Shown here in pieces: positions 48,935 to 58,711 of a stretch of 64,000 nt of DNA. Both the position numbers and the translations under genes were made by a program. The notes under the pieces are model-generated. The model did not search any database and was not told where the DNA came from. It saw nothing but the letters and a program-made list of their open reading frames with translations. Position 1 is the first letter of the stretch. Each line of letters opens with the position of its first letter. Origin of the DNA: an uncultured Verrucomicrobiae bacterium (GTDB lineage: Bacteria; Verrucomicrobiota; Verrucomicrobiia; Limisphaerales; Palsa-1400); assembly GCA_963707025.1 (NCBI GenBank), contig CAVPOM010000005.1, positions 1 to 64,000 on the forward strand, written 5' to 3'.

Positions 48935-50250
48935 ATTTGTCTTTCGATTTGTGGCGCGCGCGGCGGACGGAAGAATAGCACCAGCGCCACCGCGGCGGCA
49001 ATGGCGGAAATCATCGGCACGAGGAACAAGCCGTGAAAGTCGGTGGCGGGCAGTCCGCCGTGTGTGAAAACTTTCTGGATGAGATAAGGACAGAGCGAAT
49101 TGGCCAGCAGGGCGCCGAGGCCGAGATACATCACGTTGAACAAGCCTTGCGCGCTGGCGCGGGCGTCTTTGGGAAAGCAGGCATCCACGAAAATGTAAAC
49201 GGTGGCGAAGAAAAAGGCGTAACAGATGCCGTGGAGCATTTGCACCAGGATGATCAGTTCCTTGTGCTGCGGAAAAAACGCATAGACGGCAAAGCGGGCC
49301 GCCTGGCCGGCGATGCCAATGGTCATGGTGACGCGCCAGCCCAGACGTTTCAAGCTCGCGCCGAGGACGAGCATGGTGAGGATTTCGGCAATTTGGCCCA
49401 CGCTCATGACGGGCATGATCCAATTGCCCGCAATGCCCACCCCGCCCGCGTTGCTCGCGGCGCCCAGGAACGTTCCCGTCCAGTTGAAGTAAGAGTATTG
49501 CACGAACGAATCCACCAGCGTCACCAGCCAAAGCGCCAGGACGAACGGATGCCGGAGCAGCTTGGCCGCTTCCAGCCAGGCCAGAGGCTCGGTCGCGCCC
49601 TCGTCCGCCTTTTTCGGCGGCGTATGCGGGAGCAAAAAGCTGAAGCCGGCCAGGGCGAGCGAGGCCACGCCGGCCACGGCGTAGGTCCAGGCGGTGGCGG
49701 CCTTGAGCGCGTCGCCCGTCAAGCCGGAACTAAGCACCGTGCCGAGCCAGTTGGCCAGGCCCTGCGGATGGGCGGCGTGGACTTTGCCCCAGTCCACCAG
49801 GATGAAGGTGAACGGCCAGGCGGCCAGAATCCAGCCGATCGAGCCGCCCATGCGCACCAGGCCGAATTCCTTCTGCGGGTCTTTCAGGTTGGCGAAGGCG
49901 ATGGAATTGGTGATGGAAAGCGTCGGCACGTAAAGCAGGCAGTGCAGCAGCATCAAACCGAAAAACGGCCAGAAACTCCGCGTGAAGGCCAGTCCGGTCA
50001 TCGCCAGTCCGCCCACAAGCTGGCTGAAGGCGAGAAATTTTTCCGCCGCGAAATTCCGGTCCGCGAACTGGTTGCTGAAGAACATGCCGACGATGGCCGC
50101 CACGGGAAAGGCACTGAGAATGCAGGTCTGTTGCGCCGGAGAAAAACCGAGGGTGGGCAGATAGCCGTAAATGAGCGGCAGCCAGGCGCCCCAGATGAAA
50201 AACTCCAGCACCATCATGAGGAACAGTTTGCCGCGATGGGAGGTATGCAT
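48931..50250 (-). CDS. MFS transporter, nucleoside:H+ symporter (NupG-like) family
   Basis: LEFFIWGAW, ADRNFAAEK, RMGGSIGWI, GQIAEI, LHGICYAFF. Confidence 0.9.
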   Translation of the reverse strand: MHTSHRGKLFLMMVLEFFIWGAWLPLIYGYLPTLGFSPAQQTCILSAFPVAAIVGMFFSNQFADRNFAAEKFLAFSQLVGGLAMTGLAFTRSFWPFFGLMLLHCLLYVPTLSITNSIAFANLKDPQKEFGLVRMGGSIGWILAAWPFTFILVDWGKVHAAHPQGLANWLGTVLSSGLTGDALKAATAWTYAVAGVASLALAGFSFLLPHTPPKKADEGATEPLAWLEAAKLLRHPFVLALWLVTLVDSFVQYSYFNWTGTFLGAASNAGGVGIAGNWIMPVMSVGQIAEILTMLVLGASLKRLGWRVTMTIGIAGQAARFAVYAFFPQHKELIILVQMLHGICYAFFFATVYIFVDACFPKDARASAQGLFNVMYLGLGALLANSLCPYLIQKVFTHGGLPATDFHGLFLVPMISAIAAAVALVLFFRPPRAPQIERQI

Positions 50251-50494
50251 GTAGTTCTGGTCGCTGGAATCTGAGCCTTTTTCGGGCGGAGCCGCAAGTC
50301 AAAATTCATGGAGGGACAGAATCCCAGGCGGCCAGCCGCAACCAAAAATGAATTGACCACAGAGATGGCAAAGACCGCAAAGCATTCCTTGTCCAGGGGC
50401 CATGCAGGACCGGCAACAGCACGCCCTTGACCAAGGCCACCAACAACATTACCTTTTCCCCAGGTTTAAACCAGAAAGAGAAAGCGCCAAATAT

Positions 50495-50842
50495 ATGAAT
50501 GAACAAACACAAGAAATGAGCCATGACATGGGCCAACTGGCCAAAGATGCGCAGGCGTTAATGACCGCCACGGCCGACGCCACCGGAGAAAAAGTCAAGG
50601 AAGCCCGCGGTCGTCTTGCTGCCGCCCTGGAACGCAGCAAGGAAATCTGTGGCCGCGTTCGCGAGAAAGCGGTCGCCGGCGCCAAGGCCGTGGACCAGGT
50701 CGTGCATGAGCATCCCTATCAAGCCATCGCCATCGGCGTCGGCCTCGGGGCGCTCATCGGTTATCTCCTTGGCCGCCGGAGTCTCCCGGGGCCGGGATTA
50801 ATCTCATTATGGAAGAACCCACTGCCAGCTTTGCCAGCCTGA
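50495..50842 (+). CDS. ElaB/YqjD/DUF883 family protein
   Basis: VHEHPYQAIAIGVGLGALIGYLLGRR. The tail beyond about 50780 may be an extension or a frameshift. Confidence 0.88.
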   Translation: MNEQTQEMSHDMGQLAKDAQALMTATADATGEKVKEARGRLAAALERSKEICGRVREKAVAGAKAVDQVVHEHPYQAIAIGVGLGALIGYLLGRRSLPGPGLISLWKNPLPALPA

Positions 50843-51198
50843 CCACGGCCTCGAAGCAATTGGCGCAACGGCTGCTGACCATCGGAGAAAACCGGCTCGA
50901 ATTGTTGGCGGTGGAGGTGCAGGAGGAGCGCGAGCGTCTCCTCCATGCCTTCCTTCTGGCTCTGGGCGCGGCGGCCTTCGCTCTGCTCGCCGGGCTGGCG
51001 CTGACGGCTGCCATCGTGGTGTTGGGGTGGCCTTACTCCCATTTGGCCGTCCTCCTCGCCTTAACCGGTCTCTACGGCGCAGCCGGGATTTGGCTTTACC
51101 GGCGCCTCGCCGGATTGCTGCGGGACTGGCAGACCCTTTCCGAGTCGCTGGATCAACTCCGCAAGGACCGCGCATGTTTGGAAAAAATCCTCAGATGA
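50809..51198 (+). CDS. YqjE-like (phage holin family) membrane protein
   Basis: RLELLAVEVQEER, two transmembrane segments, QLRKDR. Confidence 0.85.
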   Translation: MEEPTASFASLTTASKQLAQRLLTIGENRLELLAVEVQEERERLLHAFLLALGAAAFALLAGLALTAAIVVLGWPYSHLAVLLALTGLYGAAGIWLYRRLAGLLRDWQTLSESLDQLRKDRACLEKILR

Positions 51199-51503
51199 AC
51201 GCGCTGCAAGCGCGCAAACAATTGTTGGTTGCGGAAAGCGAACTCAACCGCGCGCAACTGGTCCGGGACACGGCGGAGTTGACGGCGGGCGTTCGCACGC
51301 TGACCGACCGCGCCAAATCCTTCGCCTCGATCGGCTCGGCCGCCGCGGCACTGGTGTCAGCCCTGGCGGCCTTCCGGCGCGACAAGCCCGCGGACGCCGG
51401 CGCCAAGCCTTCCCGCCTGCGAACCATTCTCAAGGCGGCGGGCCTGGTCTCCGCGCTCTGGCGGGCGCTCCGTTCGCAGGGGCGCGATCAGGAAGACAAA
51501 TAG
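51195..51503 (+). CDS. YqjK-like protein
   Basis: RKQLLVAESELNRAQL; ATGA overlap with the yqjE-like gene. Confidence 0.7.
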   Translation: MNALQARKQLLVAESELNRAQLVRDTAELTAGVRTLTDRAKSFASIGSAAAALVSALAAFRRDKPADAGAKPSRLRTILKAAGLVSALWRALRSQGRDQEDK

Positions 51504-51504
51504 A

Positions 51505-51531
51505 AGCCGGCCAGAAAGGCGGGCTTTTCTT
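51505..51531 (+). terminator. Putative intrinsic terminator between convergent genes
   Basis: Imperfect stem AAGCCGGCC-agaaa-GGCGGGCTT followed by TTCT. Confidence 0.4.
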
Positions 51532-51545
51532 GCGCGAAGGGCCAG

Positions 51546-52604
51546 TCAAAGTTTTACCGGCAATCCGGTTCGAATGGATTTTTCCTCGGCCTCGCAGATT
51601 TCCAGCGCGGTCACGGCGTCGCGCGCGGTGACGATGGCCGGGGGACGGTGTTTGGCCACGCATTCCATAAAGTAGCTGATTTCCGCGCCGTAACCGTCCG
51701 GTTCGTCGAAATGAAGGGAGCGCGCGGGTTGGCCCGGCTCACTGATTTGCGTGGCGTCCGGGCCGCGTGCGAAGTCGAAATCCAGGGTGGCGCGTTCGCA
51801 ATAAATGGTGAACTCCATGTTGAAGCCCGCCGCTTGCAGCCAGCTTCCCTCCGCCGAAACCGCCGGGCCGCCGGGATAAATATATTGCGTCACCACATGG
51901 ACGATCGAACCGGCCGCATCGGCCACGCCGGTGGAAAAGACAGCCTTGGGCCGGCCGCAAAGAAAGTGCGCGTAGTCGGTGTCGTGAATGTGCAAATCGA
52001 ACAAGGCTCCGCCCGAATGCGCCGCGCCAGCGCCGGCGCCCTGCCGGCTCCAGCCGGGCCTCTCCGACACGCGGCGGAAATGCGCGGCCAGCATTTTTCC
52101 GTAAGCGCCTTGTTGGACGGTTTGCCGGAGCCGGCTCCAGCCCGGCCAGAAGCGCATGCACATGGCGGGCATGAGAAAGCCCGGCGACGATTCCGCCACT
52201 TTCAGAACCGCCCGCGCCGCCGCGGCCGTGCCGGCCAGCGGCTTTTCGCAGAGAACATGTTTGCCGGCTTTGAGGGCGGCGATGGCCTGTTCGGCATGCC
52301 GCGGCGTCGGGGTGCAAAGGTCCACCAGATCCACTTCCGGGTCGGCGAGAATTTCTTCCAGTTTCCGAAACACTTTGACGCGCAGGCCCAGATTAACGCC
52401 GCCGGATTTTTTGATGTTCCCCGCCACGCCGGGCAGGACGCCGCGGACCGGCAGCCGGACGGGGTCGCACACCGAGACAATCCGCGCGGATGGAAGGTCC
52501 AAATAGGCGCGCAGATGGGTCACACCCATGAAGCCCAGGCCGACGACGGCGACGTTGACTTTGGCCGGCGCCTTGCAAGGCGATTTTCCAGAGGGTGCTG
52601 TCAT
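51546..52604 (-). CDS. Cytoplasmic Gfo/Idh/MocA oxidoreductase
   Basis: VGLGFMG, HVLCEKP, DLHIHD. Confidence 0.92.
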   Translation of the reverse strand: MTAPSGKSPCKAPAKVNVAVVGLGFMGVTHLRAYLDLPSARIVSVCDPVRLPVRGVLPGVAGNIKKSGGVNLGLRVKVFRKLEEILADPEVDLVDLCTPTPRHAEQAIAALKAGKHVLCEKPLAGTAAAARAVLKVAESSPGFLMPAMCMRFWPGWSRLRQTVQQGAYGKMLAAHFRRVSERPGWSRQGAGAGAAHSGGALFDLHIHDTDYAHFLCGRPKAVFSTGVADAAGSIVHVVTQYIYPGGPAVSAEGSWLQAAGFNMEFTIYCERATLDFDFARGPDATQISEPGQPARSLHFDEPDGYGAEISYFMECVAKHRPPAIVTARDAVTALEICEAEEKSIRTGLPVKL

Positions 52605-52617
52605 GACAAAATTCGCT

Positions 52618-53454
52618 TCAAGCAAAGTTCTCTTCAACCACTGCCCTGGCCGCGATGATGTCAGCAACGCGCCGTGTCCCGGCTTCGCGTTCGACGACCA
52701 AATTGCCTGCAAAGTTCAGTTGTTGGAGCGTTGCAAAAAAAGCGCGCCAATCCACCTCGCCGGCGCCGGCCGCCACTTCCTCACCCCATGTCCCGGGCAC
52801 TTTGGGGCGCGTGGCGTCCTTGATGTGAACCTGCCGGATCCACCGGGCCAGCACGGGCAACGCTGCAACCGGATCGCCCTGATTGTAAAGAATCATGTTC
52901 GCCGGATCGAAGTTCACTCCCAGGTTCGGACGGCGCAGCTTTTGCAGCAGCGCGGCCAGGGCGGGCGCCGTCTCCTGTCCGGTCTCCAAGCCGAGAGCAA
53001 TGTGGGCCGCGGCGAACAGGCCGGCCACTTCCGCCAGCCGCGGCAGCAGCCTGGCCTCAGGCGCGTCGGTGGCCTGGCTCGGAAGAAAGCCGGCGTGGAA
53101 CGTCACCAGTTTCAATCCCAGCCCCGCCGCCAGGCCAACGGTGGCCTTGATGATTTTGCGATTCTGCTCCCAGGTCGCGTCCGGCGCCAGGCCGCCGGTC
53201 AGACGGATGCTTTCCAGCGTTGCGTAATCTTCGCCAATACAGCCAAACATTCCCGAAACCAGGGTGATGTGGTTCCGGCGAAAAAGCGTTTCGGTCCGGC
53301 GCCAGATCCGCGGCGATTCGCGCAGCGGGTCCAGCGCGAGTTGAACGCGGCGGACACCGCAGGCCAGCAATTTGGCCACGAGGTCTTGGGGATCGGCCGG
53401 CTGCAAAGACCAACTGCACACGGCCAGACGTTCCGCCACAAGATGGTTGTTCAT
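52618..53454 (-). CDS. Sugar phosphate isomerase/epimerase (xylose-isomerase-like TIM barrel)
   Basis: LETGQE, NFDPANM, VHIKD, GEVDW, VERE. Confidence 0.9.
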   Translation of the reverse strand: MNNHLVAERLAVCSWSLQPADPQDLVAKLLACGVRRVQLALDPLRESPRIWRRTETLFRRNHITLVSGMFGCIGEDYATLESIRLTGGLAPDATWEQNRKIIKATVGLAAGLGLKLVTFHAGFLPSQATDAPEARLLPRLAEVAGLFAAAHIALGLETGQETAPALAALLQKLRRPNLGVNFDPANMILYNQGDPVAALPVLARWIRQVHIKDATRPKVPGTWGEEVAAGAGEVDWRAFFATLQQLNFAGNLVVEREAGTRRVADIIAARAVVEENFA

Positions 53455-53542
53455 GCTGGCTTATGTTAATACGTTCAACCCGCCGATTCAATTTCCTGGA
53501 ACTTGCGAATTTATCGCAGCCACGGTTGACCGCGCCTCGGAT

Positions 53543-56500
53543 TCAGCGCGGGGTGATGGTTTCCGCGGTCTGGATGGTCACTGGCCCAAGCAGACCGGAT
53601 TTCAGCAGCGGCGAGTCCTTGGTGAAAGGCTCATAGGAACTCCAGGTGAACCGTTGCGCCACCGGCAGGGCCGCGTCGCCAATCATGCGGTTCGGCCAGA
53701 GATTGGCCACGCGGATTTCCAGGGTGTTGCCGCCGGGCTGCAACGCTCCGGCGATGTCCACGCGGAAGGGCGGCTTCCACAAAATGCCCAGGTCGCGGCC
53801 ATTGAGTTTGACCTGCGCCATCACCTGCACCTCGCCCAAGTCGAGCTGGATGGCGGCTTTTTGCCCGCCGTTGTTTGGCGCCGGATTCCAGTCGAACAAC
53901 TTGGTGTAGGTTGCCGTGCCGGAAAAATACTTGACGCCGGCATTGGTGGAATCGCTCAATGAGGCCAGGCGATCCAAGGTGATTTTGTCCGGCGCACCCC
54001 AGTTGGGCGGAAAGCGCACCTCCCACGGCCCGGTGATTTCCAGCGGCGCAGGGACGGCCGCGATTTCAGCGCGCAGCGTCCTGCCCTGCGCCGTTTTCAA
54101 TTCATAGTGACCCGGCTGCGAGGCCACGATACTGAGCCGCCCCGCGGCGTCGCAACGAAGTTCCGCCGCGGGGCTGACAGCCGCCACTGGCGCGACCAGG
54201 CGGATGGTGTCCGGGTCGCGTCCGCTGATTTTGAAGGGCTGCTGGTCGGCGGTGTATTCCACGACCAGAGTTTTGACGATGCCGTAGGCCGGATCATCGC
54301 CCTCGGCCATTTTGCTGACCTGAAAACTGAGTTCGCCACGGTCGGCCAGTCCCTGCACTTTGCTTTGCACGTCGCGTGTGCGCGGCGCGTCGCCCGGCAC
54401 GCCGTAGGCCGCTTTCGCAATCTTTATCACCGGTGACTTTGTCAGTGGCAGCGCCGGCTGGCCGTCATGCGTAAAACTTGCCACTGGATCAAACCGTTGC
54501 TGTTGCGGGCGAAAAACCACGAAAGTCGAACCGCTGGCCTCCAAGCGCAGCGGGACGGAAATGCCAGCCGTGTTTTCCTCGTAAACCGCCAGCGGAGAAA
54601 TTTCGCCGGTTTCGGGATTCCATAATTCGGGGCGCAAACCTTTCACCCGGAAATGGCATTGGGCCTGCACGGCGGCCGCCGTCTGGTTGGCCACAAAATA
54701 AAGCTGCGTATCGCCGGCCTGGCGGTGAATCCAGTTCAATTTCACCCCCGCCGAAAAGTCCGCCGGCGTCTGCAATTTCCCCAGAACCGCGTCCAACGGC
54801 TGGCCCCAAATCACCCGGCCCTTGCCGAAAGCATGTTCCGTCACGGTCCGGCCGTCGCAGTCGCCCCAAAGTTCCGCCGCCAGTTTGGCCACTTCCCCGT
54901 CGCCTTTTGGAAAATCCGAAAGGCTGGGTGAAGCGGTGGGAGGCGGGCCCAGCGCGGTGGCGCCGGCTTGGACGAGTTGTTTGATTTTTCGGACGAGCGC
55001 CGGCGTCATCAAAGCCGGCTTTCCCGGCAAGACCAACAGCCGGTAACTCATGCCCCCCGGCAGCACGAGGCGGCCGTTCTTCACACTCATCCGGGCCATC
55101 AGAGCTTCGGCGCTGCATTCATCGTATTTGTAACCGGCGGGCGCCTCGGGGACGGGCGTGAAATAGGTTTGGTCAGGCAACTGCGGACGCAGGCAACAGA
55201 GGTCGGCGACGAACCAGCCTTGCCGCAGCAGATACTGGCAGCGCGCCAGATATTCATGCCAGGCGCCGGACATTTCCCACCAAGTCTGGGTGCGTTCATA
55301 GTGCAAGCCCCACGGCCCCATCGTCGCGCCGGGCGCGCGGTCCAGATACGGCTGGTGCGCGTAACGGTGGATGACGAAACGGTTGATGCCCTCGCAAAAT
55401 TCATAATCGCCCAGCGCCTTGATCGTCGCGGGATGCTCTTTCCATTGCTCCCTGTCCCCCGAGGTGAACGCCTCCGCGCCGATGACCGGCCGCCCGTAAA
55501 TGTGCCCGACCGACGCCATCTGCCTTGCCTTGAGCTGCGTGACGGCCGCGCTGCTCTGTGTCCAGAACTCGCTCATCGGTTCGTCGGCGCGCGCGGTGTA
55601 AGTCGCCTCGTCGCCGAACGGCAGGTCGTAGCCTTCCAGGGTCAGGCGCATCCCATGGCGATGGGCCAGTTCCGCCAGCCGCCCGGTGTAATTCTCCGCG
55701 AGCAACTCGGCCAGCGTCTCCTCAAAATCCCAGCGGAAACGGGCCGCCGTGGTTTCGTCGCCGATGGTGTGCGAGGCGGGCGCGCGACCTCCCTGGTTGG
55801 CGATGCCGCCCACCTTGTTGAAGACGTCCGGCAGAAATGGAATCGGATCGTAGCCGCGCCGCTTCAGAAATTCCTGGCGAAACTTCGGCGTCCAGTTCTG
55901 GCCGCCAACCTCCCAACTGTCAATATGCGTCGCCACCAGCGCCTGGCCGTCCACCGGACCAGCCTGCGCGATGAGCTTGCCCATCATGCCGGCAAACTGG
56001 GCATCCATCCCCTCGCGGCTCAACTTGTCGCACTCCAGTCCGTTGCCGCCGAGCACCGTCGGACGCGTGCCCGCACCCGTCGTCGTGTGGCCGACGCGCT
56101 CAATCATCCAGCGGCCCGCCGGCACCCGCCAATTCAGGTGGCCGCCCGCGTCCAGCTTCGCCGTCAAATCCAGCACCGCCTCGCGCGGGACTACGCGGTT
56201 GGTCGTGTCGGGTATCGCCAGGACCGCGATGTCCCGATAGAAATCAGCGTATTGGATCGGGATGTCATTCCGCTGGCGGGAAGGCAGCGCGGGCCGGGGC
56301 AAGGCGGCGGAAAAATCGGCCGGGCCGGCGACCGCCAGGTTGGTCCAGACCAGCATCTGCATGGAAAGTTCCGGCGTGATCCACGGCCCGCTGCTGCCGC
56401 ACCAACCCGGGCCGTTGGTCATGTTAATCTCCAGACCCAGCCGCCTGGCCTCCGCCACCGCGAAGCGGAAAAGCTCCCGCCACTCCGCGTTCATGAAGGC

Positions 56501-56743
56501 CGCCGTGCCGCGCGGCGGCGCAAAGGGCTGCACCACGTCCATGATGATGACCCCGCCGATGCCCGCCCGCCGCATGGCTTCGAGGTCGGCGGTGATGCCG
56601 GCCTTGGTGACGTTGCCGTTGTTCCAAAACCAATAAACCCACGGCCGGGCCGAGACGGGCGGAGTGACGAATTGCGCGGCCAGGCCGCCGGCCAGCGCCG
56701 GCGCGGAACAAAGCGCCAGCATCAGAGCAATCAATAATTTCAT
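53543..56743 (-). CDS. Secreted glycoside hydrolase, GH106 (alpha-L-rhamnosidase-like)
   Basis: RPWVYWFW, ITADLEAM, SGPWITPE, HIDSWE, PMSEFW, AEAFT, NLWPNRMIGD, SGLLGPV. Confidence 0.88.
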   Translation of the reverse strand: MKLLIALMLALCSAPALAGGLAAQFVTPPVSARPWVYWFWNNGNVTKAGITADLEAMRRAGIGGVIIMDVVQPFAPPRGTAAFMNAEWRELFRFAVAEARRLGLEINMTNGPGWCGSSGPWITPELSMQMLVWTNLAVAGPADFSAALPRPALPSRQRNDIPIQYADFYRDIAVLAIPDTTNRVVPREAVLDLTAKLDAGGHLNWRVPAGRWMIERVGHTTTGAGTRPTVLGGNGLECDKLSREGMDAQFAGMMGKLIAQAGPVDGQALVATHIDSWEVGGQNWTPKFRQEFLKRRGYDPIPFLPDVFNKVGGIANQGGRAPASHTIGDETTAARFRWDFEETLAELLAENYTGRLAELAHRHGMRLTLEGYDLPFGDEATYTARADEPMSEFWTQSSAAVTQLKARQMASVGHIYGRPVIGAEAFTSGDREQWKEHPATIKALGDYEFCEGINRFVIHRYAHQPYLDRAPGATMGPWGLHYERTQTWWEMSGAWHEYLARCQYLLRQGWFVADLCCLRPQLPDQTYFTPVPEAPAGYKYDECSAEALMARMSVKNGRLVLPGGMSYRLLVLPGKPALMTPALVRKIKQLVQAGATALGPPPTASPSLSDFPKGDGEVAKLAAELWGDCDGRTVTEHAFGKGRVIWGQPLDAVLGKLQTPADFSAGVKLNWIHRQAGDTQLYFVANQTAAAVQAQCHFRVKGLRPELWNPETGEISPLAVYEENTAGISVPLRLEASGSTFVVFRPQQQRFDPVASFTHDGQPALPLTKSPVIKIAKAAYGVPGDAPRTRDVQSKVQGLADRGELSFQVSKMAEGDDPAYGIVKTLVVEYTADQQPFKISGRDPDTIRLVAPVAAVSPAAELRCDAAGRLSIVASQPGHYELKTAQGRTLRAEIAAVPAPLEITGPWEVRFPPNWGAPDKITLDRLASLSDSTNAGVKYFSGTATYTKLFDWNPAPNNGGQKAAIQLDLGEVQVMAQVKLNGRDLGILWKPPFRVDIAGALQPGGNTLEIRVANLWPNRMIGDAALPVAQRFTWSSYEPFTKDSPLLKSGLLGPVTIQTAETITPR

Positions 56744-56818
56744 GTTCGTCTTTCTGAATGATGTGCGACGAGCCGGCCGCCGATGCAGCCCGCGCCGCCG
56801 TTGAGGAGAATCTTCATT

Positions 56819-57898
56819 TCAAAGACTCTCCACCAGCCGGTTCATGGCCGGTTCCTGCCGCTCGATGGACTCGACCAGTTTGAACTGGGTGCGGCAGCGG
56901 TCCAGGTTGTGGCCGTCGCGGTGGACCTTGAAATAGGTGTCGCCCGCCAGAAAATCGGTGAGGAAGCGCAGGCCAATCTCAAAGGTGATGAGCTTGCCGG
57001 AGAAGGGCAGGAGCTTCTTCTCGGCCGGCGTCAGGAATTCCGCCGCCGCGCTCCAGTAGCCGCGCGCCAGCGCCTCGAACATGGGCAACTGCAAGGTCAC
57101 TTTCGACAAATCGCGCTCGTCCTCCCGGGCCGGGCTGGTGGTGGTGCGCACCATGTCGCCAAAATCGTAGAGCGCCAGGCCGGGCATGACCGTATCCAGG
57201 TCAATCACGCAAATGCCCTCGCCCGTGGCGTCGTCGAGCAGGACGTTGTTGAACTTGGTGTCGTTGTGCGTCACGCGCTCCGGCAGTTTGGCATCGAGCA
57301 GGACACTGCAAATCGCCTTGCGGCGCAAGGCAAATTCAATTTCCGGCCGCGCCAGCCGGGCGCGGTTGACGGCGTCAGCCTCGATCGCCTTTTCCAGGGC
57401 GGCGAAGCGTTTGGGGGTGTGATGAAAATCAGGAATGGTGTCGTGCAGGCGCGGCAGGGGCAAATCGGCCAGCAGTTCTTGGAACCGGCCGAAGGCCTGG
57501 GCCGCGGCCAGCGCCTGCGCCGGATTTTCCACCGCGTCGTAGGCGCGCGCGGCCTCGATGAAAAGGTAGGCGCGCCAGTGGTTGTCCGCGTCGTCCCGGA
57601 AAAAGGCCGCGCCGGAGCGGGCCGGGATGAGGGTCAGGACGCGGCGGCTTGCGCCGGGTTCGCCCGCCACCTTGCCGCCCAGATGCGCCGTGACGCGCCG
57701 GACGTTTTCCATGAGTGCCACGGGCTGCCGGAAGATGTGGTGGTTGATGCGCTGAAGAATGTAGCGGACGCGCGCGCCGCCCGCCTGGAAAACGACGCAA
57801 TAGGTGTCGTTGATGTGACCGCTGCCGTAAGAGGCGGCCTCCAGAAACTGGCCGTGGATTTGGAACTGCCCGGCGATGGCGCGAAGGTCGTATTGCAT
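56819..57898 (-). CDS. Aminoglycoside-phosphotransferase-fold sugar kinase (N-acetylhexosamine 1-kinase-like)
   Basis: GSGHINDT, LQRIN, HNDTKFNN, IDLDTVMPG, YDFGD, RFLTD. Confidence 0.88.
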   Translation of the reverse strand: MQYDLRAIAGQFQIHGQFLEAASYGSGHINDTYCVVFQAGGARVRYILQRINHHIFRQPVALMENVRRVTAHLGGKVAGEPGASRRVLTLIPARSGAAFFRDDADNHWRAYLFIEAARAYDAVENPAQALAAAQAFGRFQELLADLPLPRLHDTIPDFHHTPKRFAALEKAIEADAVNRARLARPEIEFALRRKAICSVLLDAKLPERVTHNDTKFNNVLLDDATGEGICVIDLDTVMPGLALYDFGDMVRTTTSPAREDERDLSKVTLQLPMFEALARGYWSAAAEFLTPAEKKLLPFSGKLITFEIGLRFLTDFLAGDTYFKVHRDGHNLDRCRTQFKLVESIERQEPAMNRLVESL

Positions 57899-57915
57899 GT
57901 TCAGGTTCGGAATTT

Positions 57916-58710
57916 CTAGTTTTCCTTGAAGTGCTGCCACTCCGGTTCACTGTCAAATATCCAGCGGTAGTATTCGACCTCTTCCAGGTTGGCGGCGGCG
58001 GCCTCGTCCACCACCACGGTGCAATGGGCGTGGAGTTGCAGGGCCGAGGCGGTCACGCGGCTGGTGATGGGGCCTTCCACGGCCTGGGCGATTATCCCGG
58101 CCTTCTCCTGGCCGGTGGCCAGAAGAAGACACCGCCGGGATTCCAATATGGTGCCGACACCCATGGTGATGGCCCGGCGGGGCACCTGGCCCGCATCCCC
58201 GCCAAACATTCCGGCGTTCTGTTCCAGGGTGGAGCGCATCAGGGTCTTGTCGCGGGTGCGCGAGCGCAGGGCGGACATGGGTTCATTAAACCCGATGTGC
58301 CCGGCGCGGCCGATGCCCAGCAGTTGCAGATCAATGCCGCGGCATTCCACGATCCAGCGCTCGTAACGGAGACATTCCGCCCCCAGATCCGGGGCGGTCC
58401 CGTCGGGCAGATGGGTGTTCTTGAGGTCAATGTCCACCTTGGAAAACAGATGCCGGTTCATATATTGCCGATAGGAGGCAGGATGCTCCGGCGGCAGGCC
58501 GATATACTCATCCAGGTTGAAGGTTCGGCAGGCGGCAAAGCTCACCCCCTCTTCGCGGTGCAAACGCGCCAGATGCGCATAAACGGCTTCCATCGTCCGG
58601 CCCGTGGCCAGGCCCAAAACGAGATTGGGTTTGCGCCGAATCTCGCTGGCGATAACCCGGGCGACCAACAGGGCCGCGGCGGCGGCATCGGGTTGGAGAA
58701 TAACTTCCAT
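57916..58710 (-). CDS. nagB: Glucosamine-6-phosphate deaminase
   Basis: LGLATGRT, FNLDEYIGL, LGIGRAGHIGFNEP, ITMGVGTI. Confidence 0.96.
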   Translation of the reverse strand: MEVILQPDAAAAALLVARVIASEIRRKPNLVLGLATGRTMEAVYAHLARLHREEGVSFAACRTFNLDEYIGLPPEHPASYRQYMNRHLFSKVDIDLKNTHLPDGTAPDLGAECLRYERWIVECRGIDLQLLGIGRAGHIGFNEPMSALRSRTRDKTLMRSTLEQNAGMFGGDAGQVPRRAITMGVGTILESRRCLLLATGQEKAGIIAQAVEGPITSRVTASALQLHAHCTVVVDEAAAANLEEVEYYRWIFDSEPEWQHFKEN

Positions 58711-58711
58711 G

